A stretch of DNA of 64,000 bases from an uncultured Gemmatimonadales bacterium. GTDB taxonomy: Bacteria > Gemmatimonadota > Gemmatimonadetes > Gemmatimonadales > Gemmatimonadaceae. The DNA is taken from the NCBI GenBank assembly GCA_963793305.1, contig CAWBZV010000003.1, positions 1,056,001-1,120,000 of the forward strand. Reading direction: 5' to 3'. The translations under genes and the position numbers were made by a program. Shown here one piece after another: positions 30,710-40,914 of the stretch. The stretch's first letter is position 1. Every line of letters begins with the position of its first letter. The notes under the pieces are model-generated. The model worked only from the letters and a program-made list of their open reading frames with translations, had not been told where the DNA came from and made no database searches.

Positions 30710-32460
30710 TCGCCATCGTGGTGTGGGCTCAGCTGGCCGCATTGTCCGGCATGAATGATCGGGCCGCGGAGGCCTACATCCGCACGATGCCGCGCGACAC
30801 GTTCCAGAAGTACTCGGCGATCATCCACGAGGATGACGATCGGCGGTATATCATCGACCGGAACGTCGTGATCGGGACCGCGTGCGCCGCCATTATCGTG
30901 CGGCCGAGGTCCGCGACGGGAAAGCTGCCGACCTTGCTCCAATTCAGCATCTACAACCCGCTGATGAGCGAGGCTCGGCGCACCGCCTCGCATGGCTACG
31001 TCGGCGTCGAGGCCGAGCCGCGCGGAAAGCAGTGCGCACCTGGTTCGCCCGTGCCGTACGAGAATGACGGCCCGGATGCCGTGGCGGTGATCGATTGGAT
31101 CGCCGAGCAGCCGTGGAGCGACGGCCGCGTAGGCATGTACGGCGGGAGCTACAACGGCGGCGCGCAGTGGGCAGCCGCCAAGCGCATGCCGAAAGCGCTC
31201 AAGGCCATCATGCCGCAAGCGCCGGTGGCGCCGGGCATCGACGTGCCCATGGAGGGCAACGTCGCCTGGATGTTCGTGTATCCGTGGACGTTCTATACGA
31301 CGAACGGGAAAGCCAACGACACCGCCGTGTACAACGATCGCGCCCGATGGCGGCGGTTGGACCACGACTGGTACGTCAGCGGTCGCGCGTTCCGCGATCA
31401 CGATAAGATCGACGGCACGCCCAATCCCTTCTTCGATCGCTGGCTCGATCATCCGAGCTACGACGCCTACTGGCAATCGATGATCCCGTACCGGGATGAG
31501 TTCGCGAAAGTGAATGTCGCCGTACTCCAGACGGCCGGGTACTACTTCGGTGGTCCCGGCGCGGCGCTCTATTACTTCTCGGAGCACCACAAGTACAATC
31601 CACGCGCCGAGCACTATCTCGTGATCGGCCCATATGACCACTTCCGGGCGCAGAGTGGCCCGGATACGAACGTCATCGCGGGCTATCACCTCGACCCGGT
31701 CGCGATGGTCGATCTCAGAGAGCTCCGGTATCAATGGTTCGATTACATCTTCAAGAACGCACCCAAGCCGGCGCTGTTCCAGAGCGCCGTGAACTACGAG
31801 GTCATGGGCGCGAATGTCTGGAAGCACTCTCCGACTGTCGCGGCCATGTCCGCCGGCACACATTGCGTCCACCTGACCGCGGCCACGCAGACCGTAGATC
31901 TCGCGGATCGGAGCGATGTTGATCGCGTTTCGCCAGGCGGCGGCATTGTCGATACCGTCATCGATACGTGGAACAGCGTCAAGACCGTAAGCGCGCCTTT
32001 CGCCACGGCAACCGAAGTCAGTGGGCTCTTTTCCGGATCATTGGACTTCATCACGAACAAGAAAGACTTTGATTTCCAGATACAGTTATACGAGCTCACA
32101 CCAAAGGGCGAATACGTTCAACTCGCACCCTACTGGTCCCGCGCGAGTTATGTCGGTGACCTCAGCCAGCGGCGCCTGTTGACTCCCGGGAAGCGAACGC
32201 ATCTCGAGTTCACCAGCGGCCGCCTCATGAGCCGCCAGATGGAGCCCGGCAGCCGGATTGTCATCGTGCTCAGCATTCTCAAGTCGCCAGGGCAACAGAT
32301 CAATTTCGGAACGGGAAAGGACGTCAATGACGAAACAGTCGCTGACGGAAAGGAGCCGCTCACAATCCAGTGGTTCGGCGACAGCTTTATTGACGTGCCA
32401 GTGAGTCCAGCACGGTCGTCAACCGCGTCCACGGAGTCGCCGCCACGTGCATCCCGATGA
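30706..32460 (+). CDS. CocE/NonD (peptidase S15) family hydrolase
   Basis: WIAEQPWSDGRVGMYGGSYNG nucleophile elbow, IGPYDH, C-terminal jelly-roll domain. Confidence 0.9.
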   Translation: MIAIVVWAQLAALSGMNDRAAEAYIRTMPRDTFQKYSAIIHEDDDRRYIIDRNVVIGTACAAIIVRPRSATGKLPTLLQFSIYNPLMSEARRTASHGYVGVEAEPRGKQCAPGSPVPYENDGPDAVAVIDWIAEQPWSDGRVGMYGGSYNGGAQWAAAKRMPKALKAIMPQAPVAPGIDVPMEGNVAWMFVYPWTFYTTNGKANDTAVYNDRARWRRLDHDWYVSGRAFRDHDKIDGTPNPFFDRWLDHPSYDAYWQSMIPYRDEFAKVNVAVLQTAGYYFGGPGAALYYFSEHHKYNPRAEHYLVIGPYDHFRAQSGPDTNVIAGYHLDPVAMVDLRELRYQWFDYIFKNAPKPALFQSAVNYEVMGANVWKHSPTVAAMSAGTHCVHLTAATQTVDLADRSDVDRVSPGGGIVDTVIDTWNSVKTVSAPFATATEVSGLFSGSLDFITNKKDFDFQIQLYELTPKGEYVQLAPYWSRASYVGDLSQRRLLTPGKRTHLEFTSGRLMSRQMEPGSRIVIVLSILKSPGQQINFGTGKDVNDETVADGKEPLTIQWFGDSFIDVPVSPARSSTASTESPPRASR

Positions 32461-33817
32461 ACGTTTCCGGCGTCAACCCCTCTCGCGTCACGGCGTTGAC
32501 GACCTCGATCGCGGTCTGCGGGAACGAGAGGCCAGTGGGATAGAGCTGGATCCCCTCGGCCGTATACACGATGTGCCGGTTGGGCAGATAGACCATGAGC
32601 ATGCGGTCGAGCTGCTCGGTGTGAAACGGGATCAGCTCGATCGCATTCTCCCCGCTGCCCAGTAGCGTCCGAGCGCTCACCGACCGGATCACCGGCGTCC
32701 GCGGCGCGCGGGCCAGGCTATCGGGCGCGAACGTATGTGGCGCCTTCGCCCGCTCCGTGACGACGCGCACGTTGCGGTCGAGCACGTAGACGGGAATGCC
32801 CCGAGCGATGTACTCGCGTAGTCCGGCGACGTGCCACCAGAAATCGGTCGTCGAGATCACGCCCTTGATCGGTAGCCCAGGGAATACTCGTCCGGCTTCG
32901 TCGATTACCTGGCGCGAGTAGCCGGCTGAGATCGGCGCTTCGATGATGACCACGCCGTCGCTCTGCCGCACGAGAGTGGAGTTCCACGCGCCGACGATCT
33001 GCACGACGCCCGGCGCGATCTCGCGCGCTCCTCGACCGGCGGCAGTCTCCGTCACCCCACCGGCTCCGCCAATGCCGAGCGGCACGGAATCCGCTGCCAG
33101 GCAACCGAACCCGCACGTTTTCGCCGGGGCGAATGCCTCAGCCGGTGGCGTTGCGTTGACGCGCACCAGTCCGTAGCTCACGGTCGTCTCGTGACGCCCA
33201 TTGCGATCGGTGTCGATCTGGCGCGGATACCAGATCCCGGTCGGCTCGACGCTCCAGTCGGAGAAGCGCACCACCTCCGTCACGTCACCCCATGCGTTCC
33301 AAAACACGCTCGTCGGATACGCTCGGCGCACTTCGATCATGCGCAGCATGCCGGTCTCCGACTCGAAGAAAAGTCGTACCCGCGACCGCCCGACGTGAAA
33401 TGCCACGACTTGGTGGGTGACCAACCGGAACACCGTGTCCCGCTCGCGGTGCAAGTCCGCCGCGTGGAGCGCGGTCCACAAGACGTGCTCGGGGGCCAGC
33501 ACCATCGCCAGGGTATCGGTCGACGTGGCCTGCCGCGTGTAACTCGACGTGTCCGCCGGCTCGGAGTAGGCCGTCGTGCGAGCCCACCGTCGCGTCGCCG
33601 CGACGTCCCGCCAGTCATCGACCGTGTAGTAATCGACGAAGTACGGGCCATCGAACCACTCGGAGTCACCAACGTGATACTGGCTGCCCCGGCCGACGAG
33701 CTCCAATGTCTTGACCGCGTGCCAGCGATCGTCGCCGCCGATGGCCGTTATCGCGCGGTGCACGATGCTGTCGGCCGGCTGGGCGAGGGCGAAGGCAAGC
33801 ATCAACACGGGAAGCAT
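32387..33817 (-). CDS. Secreted MBL-like fold protein, degenerate metal motif
   Basis: Signal peptide; VVIIEAP...PIKGVISTTDFWWHVAGLR in place of HxHxDH. Confidence 0.75.
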   Translation of the reverse strand: MLPVLMLAFALAQPADSIVHRAITAIGGDDRWHAVKTLELVGRGSQYHVGDSEWFDGPYFVDYYTVDDWRDVAATRRWARTTAYSEPADTSSYTRQATSTDTLAMVLAPEHVLWTALHAADLHRERDTVFRLVTHQVVAFHVGRSRVRLFFESETGMLRMIEVRRAYPTSVFWNAWGDVTEVVRFSDWSVEPTGIWYPRQIDTDRNGRHETTVSYGLVRVNATPPAEAFAPAKTCGFGCLAADSVPLGIGGAGGVTETAAGRGAREIAPGVVQIVGAWNSTLVRQSDGVVIIEAPISAGYSRQVIDEAGRVFPGLPIKGVISTTDFWWHVAGLREYIARGIPVYVLDRNVRVVTERAKAPHTFAPDSLARAPRTPVIRSVSARTLLGSGENAIELIPFHTEQLDRMLMVYLPNRHIVYTAEGIQLYPTGLSFPQTAIEVVNAVTREGLTPETFIGMHVAATPWTRLTTVLDSLARQ

Positions 33818-33881
33818 CCTCCCACGGTATCGCCGTGTCGTACCTGACCAGAACAATATTCAGGGGATGCGGCGCGGGTCG

Positions 33882-33935
33882 CGGCGACTCGCGTACGCCG
33901 TGCCGCGAAGCGGCCGCCGCACACGGCGAACGCGA
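33882..33935. promoter_or_regulatory. Putative LytTR operator (three direct repeats, 21-bp period)
   Basis: CGGCGACTCGCG, CCGCGAAGCGGC and CGGCGAACGCGA start at 33882, 33903 and 33924. Confidence 0.6.
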
Positions 33936-33971
33936 GTGGCTCTTATCCGGGCCCGGTCGCAGATTAGTTGC

Positions 33972-34988
33972 ATGCGGCGAAGGGCAATAACGGCGCTCTG
34001 GATCGCCGGTGCATGCGCCACCGTCGGATTGCTGTCGGGCGTACACCAGTACTACACGGGTATCGCCGAGGGCGAGTCCAACGTTGTCTGGAGCGACACG
34101 TTGGTCCGACAGCTGGTCTACTGGTTCGCCTGGGGCGCGATCATGCCCCTGATCCTGTGGCTCACGAGCCGGCCACGGGTCGTAGTCCTCGTCCTCGCCG
34201 CCGTGCCGATCTGCGTCGCGCGAGTGGCGGCGGCCTACGCGATCCGCCGGCTGTTCGTACCCGGGCTGGCCCTCGAGCCACACGGGTTCGTGCTCTACAC
34301 CCGCGCCTGGCTGCGCATCGATCTCATCACGTACACTGCGGTGGTCTCGGCGATGGTCGCGGTCGGGCACTGGCGCAGGGGGCGAGAAGCCGAGGTGCAG
34401 CTGTCGGAGGCGCGACTGCGCGCGCTGCAGATGCAAATCCATCCGCATTTCCTGTTCAACACGTTGAACACGATCGCGATGCTGATCCGCACCGCGAACC
34501 CTGCCCGCGCCCTGACCGTGCTGGCCGAGCTCGGCGATCTGCTGCGGCAGATGCTCGATGACGACCCGGGGCTCGAGGTGCCGCTGCGCGAGGAGTTGCG
34601 ATTCCTCGAGGGGTACCTCGGGATCGAGCGCGCGCGGTTCTCCGACCGGTTGCGCGTGACGATGACAGTCGAGCCGCAGGCGCTCGACGCGCACGTGCCG
34701 CGATTCGTGCTGCAGCCGCTGGTCGAGAACGCGATTCGCCACGGCATCGCCAAGCGAGTCGCCAGCGGCGTCCTCACGATCACCGGCGCGCGCGCCGGGT
34801 CGAGTCTGTCGCTGGTGGTCTCCGACGATGGTCCGGGTCCCGCGGTCGACTCGTCCGATGGCGTGGGGCTCGCCAACACTCGGGAACGCCTCCGGCATCT
34901 CTACGGAGACGAGGCTGTTCTCTCGCTGACCCAGGCGCCCGGCGGAGGCGCGGTGGCCAGTATTACACTCCCGTGGCACACGTCCTGA
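33972..34988 (+). CDS. LytS/YehU-type sensor histidine kinase
   Basis: TM helices; LQMQIHPHFLFNTLN, LQPLVENAIRHG, DDGPG and GVGLANTRERL. Confidence 0.93.
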   Translation: MRRRAITALWIAGACATVGLLSGVHQYYTGIAEGESNVVWSDTLVRQLVYWFAWGAIMPLILWLTSRPRVVVLVLAAVPICVARVAAAYAIRRLFVPGLALEPHGFVLYTRAWLRIDLITYTAVVSAMVAVGHWRRGREAEVQLSEARLRALQMQIHPHFLFNTLNTIAMLIRTANPARALTVLAELGDLLRQMLDDDPGLEVPLREELRFLEGYLGIERARFSDRLRVTMTVEPQALDAHVPRFVLQPLVENAIRHGIAKRVASGVLTITGARAGSSLSLVVSDDGPGPAVDSSDGVGLANTRERLRHLYGDEAVLSLTQAPGGGAVASITLPWHTS

Positions 34989-35725
34989 AAGTCGTCGTCG
35001 TCGACGATGAGCCGATCGCCCGCGAGGGGCTCCGCGCGCTGCTGGCGGCCGACCGCAACGTCGAGGTGATCGCCGAGTGCGGCGACGGCGCGAGCGCGGT
35101 CGAGACGATCCGGCGGACTCGGCCCGATATCGTATTTCTCGACGTGCAGATGCCGGATGTCGATGGGTTCGACGTCCTCCGCGCGCTGGCGGGCGAGCCA
35201 CTGCCCGCGGTGGTGTTCGTGACGGCGTACGACAAGTACGCCCTGCGGGCGTTCGACGTCCACGCGGTGGACTATCTGCTCAAGCCATTTCATGACGAGC
35301 GGTTCGCCGAGGCGCTCGCCAGAGCGAAGGCTCGCCGTGGCGAGGATATGACCGGCCGAATCACGCGGCTCCTCGACGAGCGGAAGCCGAAGGTGATGCG
35401 CGTGCTCGTCAAGACCGGCGGCCGCGTGTTGTTCTTGAGGGCCGACGAGATCGACTGGATCGAGGCGGCCGATTATTACGTGAAGCTGCACATCGCCGGC
35501 AAAGTGCACATGCTGCGCGAGTCGATGGCCGCGCTCGAGGCGCGGCTCGACCCCGAGGTGTTCTTCCGCGTGCACCGGTCCGCGATCGTGAACCTGGAGC
35601 GCGTCCGCGAGCTCCAGCCGTACTCGCGCCGCGAGCACGTGCTCGTCCTGCGCGACGGCACGCGATTGCGGCTGACGCGAAGCCGCCGCGAGCGCTTGGC
35701 CGCGCTCCTTGGCCAACGACTATGA
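34973..35725 (+). CDS. LytTR-family response regulator
   Basis: VDDEPIAR, FLDVQMP, VDYLLKP and FFRVHRSAIVN. Confidence 0.95.
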   Translation: MAHVLKVVVVDDEPIAREGLRALLAADRNVEVIAECGDGASAVETIRRTRPDIVFLDVQMPDVDGFDVLRALAGEPLPAVVFVTAYDKYALRAFDVHAVDYLLKPFHDERFAEALARAKARRGEDMTGRITRLLDERKPKVMRVLVKTGGRVLFLRADEIDWIEAADYYVKLHIAGKVHMLRESMAALEARLDPEVFFRVHRSAIVNLERVRELQPYSRREHVLVLRDGTRLRLTRSRRERLAALLGQRL

Positions 35726-36588
35726 GAATCGGCGCGTTCTGGGCATGCATCGCGCTCTTTGTGCAGCCCGCGGCCGGCACGGTGTTCCGAGACTGTCGGG
35801 AATGTCCCGAGATGGTCGTCGTGCCCACGGGGACGTTCGTCATCGGGTCCTCGGCGGCCGAGAAAGCGTGGGCCGCGAGTCACGGGACGACCATGGGATC
35901 GGTCGCCGACGAGGAGCCGCGGCTTTCGGTTTCGCTGCGCGCCTTTGCCTTGGCCAAGTACAATGTCACCCGAGGCGAGTACGCCGCCTTCGTGCGGGAG
36001 ACCGGACGTGCAACCTTTAGCGGCTGCGGCCATGACGGCTACCCGTGGGTCCTGGACAGCGCGTTGAACTGGGAACGGCCCGGGTTCACGCAGAGCGACC
36101 GCGACCCGGTCGTGTGCGTGAGCTGGAACGATGCGCGTGCCTACGTCGCTTGGTTGAACAGCAAGGTCCATGGGTCAGCCTACCGATTGCCGAGCGAGAC
36201 CGAGTGGGAGTACGCCGCACGCGGCGGGACGAGCACGTGGTTCTGGTGGGGCGACGATGATAGCGGGGCGACCCGGCACGCATGGTACAAGGACAACGCA
36301 GACGGCCACACCCATCCCGTTGGTTCGTGGCCCGCAAATGGTTTCGGTCTGTACGATATGGTCGGTGACGTGTGGCAGTGGACGGCGGACTGCTACGCGG
36401 ACTATGCCAAGAATCCCGCCGATGGAACGCCGGTGGACCCGGGCACCAGTTGCCTGAAGGGCTGGCGCGTCGATCGCGGCGGCTCATGGTTGCATCGCAC
36501 GTGGATGCTCCGTCCGGCGACACGCGAACGGAAGCCCGACGACTTTCGCGATCGGACCATGGGATTCCGCGTCGCCAAGACGCTCTAA
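35722..36588 (+). CDS. Formylglycine-generating enzyme (SUMF1/EgtB/PvdO) domain protein, secreted
   Basis: FRDC.ECPEMV, PVVCVSWNDA, YRLPSETEWEYAARGG, NGFGLYDMVG and GFRVA. Confidence 0.92.
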   Translation: MRIGAFWACIALFVQPAAGTVFRDCRECPEMVVVPTGTFVIGSSAAEKAWAASHGTTMGSVADEEPRLSVSLRAFALAKYNVTRGEYAAFVRETGRATFSGCGHDGYPWVLDSALNWERPGFTQSDRDPVVCVSWNDARAYVAWLNSKVHGSAYRLPSETEWEYAARGGTSTWFWWGDDDSGATRHAWYKDNADGHTHPVGSWPANGFGLYDMVGDVWQWTADCYADYAKNPADGTPVDPGTSCLKGWRVDRGGSWLHRTWMLRPATRERKPDDFRDRTMGFRVAKTL

Positions 36589-36595
36589 AGCGGAC

Positions 36596-37111
36596 CTACT
36601 GCAACTGCGGAACGCTGCGGGCGAGGCCCTGCCGCATCATTTCCTTGTTCTTATCCGTGAGCATTTTGCCCGGCGGGGACGTGGCGAGCCCGCCGCCGCC
36701 GTTCTGTCCATGGAGCTCGGTGTTCCCCAAGCCCGTTCGGTTGTGCAGAGACTCGTGGAACGCGAGCCGCCCGTACGCGTCGTCCTTCACCATGCTTGGC
36801 TTGCCGCCGATCACCATGTGCTTGTAAAACTCCGAGCCGGTCACGTGATTGCGCGTTCGCGTATGCCCGCCGGCATCGCCACGGATCGCCGCGCCGGGCC
36901 ACTGCGCTTCGATGTACGAACCATCGATGTCGGGCACGAAATGCAGGATCAGTGTATCCGAGGGGTCGCTGTCTCCCCAGGAGACAGTCGCGCCATCGCT
37001 CGTGCCCTGAAAGGCTTGCGTGAACAGGGTCTGAATTGCCGTCTGCAGCCTTTTCTTCAGATTATCGGATGAGCTCGTGTGGTCGACGAGCTTGACGGTA
37101 TAGTTGGCCAT
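36596..37111 (-). CDS. Hypothetical protein with HExxH zincin-like motif
   Basis: Clean ORF between flanking genes; LAFHESLHN...LH. Confidence 0.6.
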   Translation of the reverse strand: MANYTVKLVDHTSSSDNLKKRLQTAIQTLFTQAFQGTSDGATVSWGDSDPSDTLILHFVPDIDGSYIEAQWPGAAIRGDAGGHTRTRNHVTGSEFYKHMVIGGKPSMVKDDAYGRLAFHESLHNRTGLGNTELHGQNGGGGLATSPPGKMLTDKNKEMMRQGLARSVPQLQ

Positions 37112-37133
37112 GATCCACCATAGCTAGGGTACC

Positions 37134-40052
37134 TCATCTTGCGTCGAGCTTCCGCCCCGCGTTCAGGTTGTCGAAGTTCAGCATCGCGTTGTACACGAGG
37201 AAGTACGAGCCGACGGTCTCACCTCTATAAATCGGATTTATCGCGAACAAGATGACATGCCCCTTTTCGACGGGCACGTCGACGACCATCGGGTGCTCGG
37301 CGATCTCGCCGCCGCCGTCGAGCAGGCCCGACACGAGCAGCGATTTCTTGTCCGCGAACCGGAGCGCGACGCGCGGGCGCTGGTCGGGCGGGATGATGTT
37401 GACGGGCCGGCGTTCCTGTTCCTCGGTAATCGGCGCGGCCATCCACGCCTCGGTCGTCGGCGCGGGGATCGCCGCATTCGCCGTGTCCATCGCGGGGCGA
37501 CCTTGGACTACGTCAGGATCATCTGCCGTCCCGCGCCCTGTGCCACGGGCGCTGTCGCCACCAAAGCGCCGGAACCGGGATCCACGGACGTTCGAGAGCC
37601 CGAAGCTCTCGCCTTGCTCCGTGTAGACGGCGAGCCCATCGTGAATGCCATAGGTGATCGGGCTGGCATCGTCGACGATCTTGGTTCTCAGCACACTCCC
37701 GACCACATGGCCATGGGGTGGGTCATTCACGAAGACGCCATTCGTGAGGCCATACTGGGTCGCGAGGTCCGTGAACGAGCCCGCGGTGACGACCACGCCA
37801 CCTTTGGCCACGAAGTTTTGCAAGTGCGCCAGGCCTTGCCAGCCGAGTCCGGGGCGGATGTCATCGGTCTCGGCCCACGTGCCGATGTTGGGCGTCAGCG
37901 TCGTGTGCTTCCACGGCATCGGGTTCCGCCACATCGGAAGCCCCTCGATGATCGAGGTGACGCTCGCGTCTGATGGCGGCAGCAGGATCACGTCATACTT
38001 GGTGCTCAGATCCGGTTCTTTGGCGACCTCCTGGGTGCTGATATACGCGTACGGGATCTCGGCGAAATCCAACGTCTGGCGCCACCATCCTTCGTCTTGC
38101 GTATCGAGCCACGTGTGCACGAGGGCGACGCGGGCCGCGCGAGCCGGGTGCGTCTTCACCGCCGGCGCCGCCGGAACCGCGTATGCCGTCAGGCCGAGTG
38201 ATTTCAAGGCATCGGCGAGGCCGGGCGCGTTTTTCACGATGAACGAGCCGCGGTTGAACGCTTTCCCGGATACGCGAAATGTGTCCTCGGCGACCGCGAT
38301 GTCAGCGGTTTTCAACCGATACCGCAACGTCACCAGCGCATTGTCGCCATTGTGATTGATCACATACGTGGCGCCAGAACCTACAATGCCACCGGGCGCG
38401 TGGATGGTATCGGTCACCTTCTGGTTGGCGACATTGAGCACCGCGGGATCGGTCACGCGAACGGCTTCGACCGCGAAGAGCTCGGGGAAGGTCCACCCGG
38501 TGTCGTCATACGGCGTCTTTTGCGGATCGCTCGGGCTCCAGTACTGGTAGTCGAGCAACGCGTCAGCGATGCGCGAGTAGGGCTGGTCCATGCGGACGAT
38601 GTAGCTGCCCGAGGGGAACGTGCGCGTGGTATCGCCTTTGGTCTTATGGACGGACACCGTGAACGCGCCAGTCGAGCGGGCAATTTCTACGTGCTGCTTC
38701 TGCAGAACGCGCAGCAGCTCGGCCTGTGTGCCTGCCCGCGGATCGTCAGCCGGCAGGACGTACGCGGCGGGCCCTTCGTTGTGAGCCTTGAGGATCGACC
38801 GCTTGCTCTTCTCGTAGTAGTTCTCGAGAAACTGATGCCGGTTGTTGGCGAAATAGCTGAGTGAGACCAGCAGCCCGGTCTCTTCATAGTTGTTGTTATC
38901 CCGCATCGACCACTTCACCCGCGGCAGCGGCGGATTCTGCCGATACCACGTCCGGATGGTCTCACTCGGGTCGAGCGTTCGCTCCTCGGTCTCCGGCATA
39001 GCATTGCCGAACGTCTCGTACAGACGGCTGATGCCATTGTGCGTGGCCGCCATGAACATGAGGTAGCCGGGCGACCACGTGTCGAAGTCGCCGTGCGCGA
39101 ACACGCCAGGCATCCCGAACCGCGTCATCTCCTGCACGTTGTTCCAACCGATCATCTGCCACTCGTTCGTGAGCAGCGGATCGAGCCAGGCGTTGTACGG
39201 TCCGTCTCCCACGGTGTTGTCGTAGAGATACGGGACGGACTCGTGGAGGTCATGCAAAACTTGCGCATGCCAGTCCAGGTACGTGTTCAACACGTTTTGC
39301 GACAGCTTGAGCGTCAACGCCATGGCGTCGCGATTGTTGTCGTGGGCGACGTAATGGCCCCAATACAGCAAGCCGGGATACGTCTCACCGGGATGCGCGG
39401 CGTGCCAGCGCGAGAGATCGACCATGCGATCGCGTCCATCGACCTCGACGATCGGCGTGATCAACGTGATCAGATGATCCCGGATGTTCTTGACATAGGG
39501 CCCTTCGTCGACCGCGAGCCGATACGCCAGCTCCATGAGCGCTGACGGCGCCCCGGATTCGGTCGAGTGGATCGTGCCGGTGATGTAGTAAATCGGTGTC
39601 GTCGAGTCGACGAGCGCGGCCGCGCAATGGTCGTCCATGCCGATCGTGCGCGGATCGCCGAGCTGCGCGAGTCGTGCCCGATTCGCGTCGAGGCTGGCCA
39701 TGAGCGCCTCCGACGCCACGGCGACGGCGACCATCTCGCGGCCTTCCTCGGTCTTGCCGATCGAGAACACGCGCACGCGCGGCGTGGCGGCCGCGAGCTT
39801 GCGCATGTACGCGTACACGTCCGTCGAATACGGAAGTTTGGACGGCGAGCCGGCGATGTCACCGAGGACGGATTGCGGGGTCGGGACCGTCGACGAGGCC
39901 GGGAGATAGTCCACGAGTGGCGACGTGAAGAACGGCGCCGTCGTGTACTCGCGGATTTTCTTGGTGTAGGCCGAGTCGATCGGCTGAGCCGCGGCGTGCA
40001 ATGTCACGGCGGCCGTGAGGGCGAGGACAGCGGGGAGGAAGAGTCGCGACAT
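37134..40052 (-). CDS. M14 zinc carboxypeptidase-family protein with C-terminal GATase-like domain
   Basis: Signal peptide; IHSTE (HxxE), DGR, DNNRD and HDLHE. Confidence 0.9.
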   Translation of the reverse strand: MSRLFLPAVLALTAAVTLHAAAQPIDSAYTKKIREYTTAPFFTSPLVDYLPASSTVPTPQSVLGDIAGSPSKLPYSTDVYAYMRKLAAATPRVRVFSIGKTEEGREMVAVAVASEALMASLDANRARLAQLGDPRTIGMDDHCAAALVDSTTPIYYITGTIHSTESGAPSALMELAYRLAVDEGPYVKNIRDHLITLITPIVEVDGRDRMVDLSRWHAAHPGETYPGLLYWGHYVAHDNNRDAMALTLKLSQNVLNTYLDWHAQVLHDLHESVPYLYDNTVGDGPYNAWLDPLLTNEWQMIGWNNVQEMTRFGMPGVFAHGDFDTWSPGYLMFMAATHNGISRLYETFGNAMPETEERTLDPSETIRTWYRQNPPLPRVKWSMRDNNNYEETGLLVSLSYFANNRHQFLENYYEKSKRSILKAHNEGPAAYVLPADDPRAGTQAELLRVLQKQHVEIARSTGAFTVSVHKTKGDTTRTFPSGSYIVRMDQPYSRIADALLDYQYWSPSDPQKTPYDDTGWTFPELFAVEAVRVTDPAVLNVANQKVTDTIHAPGGIVGSGATYVINHNGDNALVTLRYRLKTADIAVAEDTFRVSGKAFNRGSFIVKNAPGLADALKSLGLTAYAVPAAPAVKTHPARAARVALVHTWLDTQDEGWWRQTLDFAEIPYAYISTQEVAKEPDLSTKYDVILLPPSDASVTSIIEGLPMWRNPMPWKHTTLTPNIGTWAETDDIRPGLGWQGLAHLQNFVAKGGVVVTAGSFTDLATQYGLTNGVFVNDPPHGHVVGSVLRTKIVDDASPITYGIHDGLAVYTEQGESFGLSNVRGSRFRRFGGDSARGTGRGTADDPDVVQGRPAMDTANAAIPAPTTEAWMAAPITEEQERRPVNIIPPDQRPRVALRFADKKSLLVSGLLDGGGEIAEHPMVVDVPVEKGHVILFAINPIYRGETVGSYFLVYNAMLNFDNLNAGRKLDAR

Positions 40053-40086
40053 GGCGACAATGTACACCAGCCCGCTAGCATTCGAC

Positions 40087-40356
40087 ATGTGCCGGAACAT
40101 CAAGGTTCTTTACAACTTCGATCCGCCCACGACGGACAATGAGGTGCGGGCGGCATCCCTGCAGTTCGTACGGAAAGTGAGCGGTTTCTCGAAGCCGTCG
40201 AAAGCGAATGAGGCGGTGTTTCTGCAGGCAATCGACGAGATCGCGAGTGTCACGAGCCGTCTCCTGCACTCGCTCGAGACGCAAGCGCCGCCGAAGAGCC
40301 GGGAAGAGGAGGCCGCCAAGGCGAAGGCCCGGGCGGCCACCCGATTCGGGACCTAG
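40087..40356 (+). CDS. DUF2277 family protein
   Basis: MCRNIK.L.NF.PP.T..EV.AA.LQFVRK.SG signature. Confidence 0.9.
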   Translation: MCRNIKVLYNFDPPTTDNEVRAASLQFVRKVSGFSKPSKANEAVFLQAIDEIASVTSRLLHSLETQAPPKSREEEAAKAKARAATRFGT

Positions 40357-40877
40357 CGACTCCCCGGCGGGATCACGTTGTTCATGCGCAGATATTCGAT
40401 CATCTGCCCGTAGTGGTCCATTGCGTGGATGAGCGCTTCCTCGGCGAGCCCGAGGCGCGTCGCGTTGTTGATGAGCGGGGACTGCGGCGTGCCAGCGATC
40501 ACGGCGTTGCCCTCGTCGATGGTCGCCGCCGCCCGGTGGAGGGCAGCATACGACCCCCGCACATAGGCAACGATCTGCTCCTTCGTGCGGACGGTATCGG
40601 GCCCTTGCTCATCGCCAGCATCAACCGGCGGCGATTCCCCGAGCATCGCCGAGGCCGCGATGTAGTTGAACGCGGCGAGATGTTTCGCTTGTTCGCCAAA
40701 CGTCCGGACGTGATTGAACTCGCCGGCCGTCGGCGTGAACGAGTACTTCACGGCGGGCATCGCCTCGATCACGGCGATCATTTGCTTCTCTTGCTGGCTG
40801 ATCCAGTAGTCGGTCACTCGACTCGACGGGAGATGCGGTGGCTGGAGCAGCGCGAACATGAATACGAGATATGTCAT
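40353..40877 (-). CDS. DinB-family protein
   Basis: AMPA.KYSF.P..VRTFGEQ.KH and H..DHYGQ...YLR.N.V.PP. Confidence 0.9.
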   Translation of the reverse strand: MTYLVFMFALLQPPHLPSSRVTDYWISQQEKQMIAVIEAMPAVKYSFTPTAGEFNHVRTFGEQAKHLAAFNYIAASAMLGESPPVDAGDEQGPDTVRTKEQIVAYVRGSYAALHRAAATIDEGNAVIAGTPQSPLINNATRLGLAEEALIHAMDHYGQMIEYLRMNNVIPPGSR

Positions 40878-40883
40878 GGTCGC

Positions 40884-40914
40884 ATGCTACCACTTCAAGC
40901 GCACTTGAAGTCAA
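40884..40914 (-). promoter_or_regulatory. MerR/SoxR-type promoter for dinB
   Basis: TTGACT - 19 bp - TAGCAT with dyad CTTCAAG-N4-CTTGAAG at 40893..40910. Confidence 0.85.
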
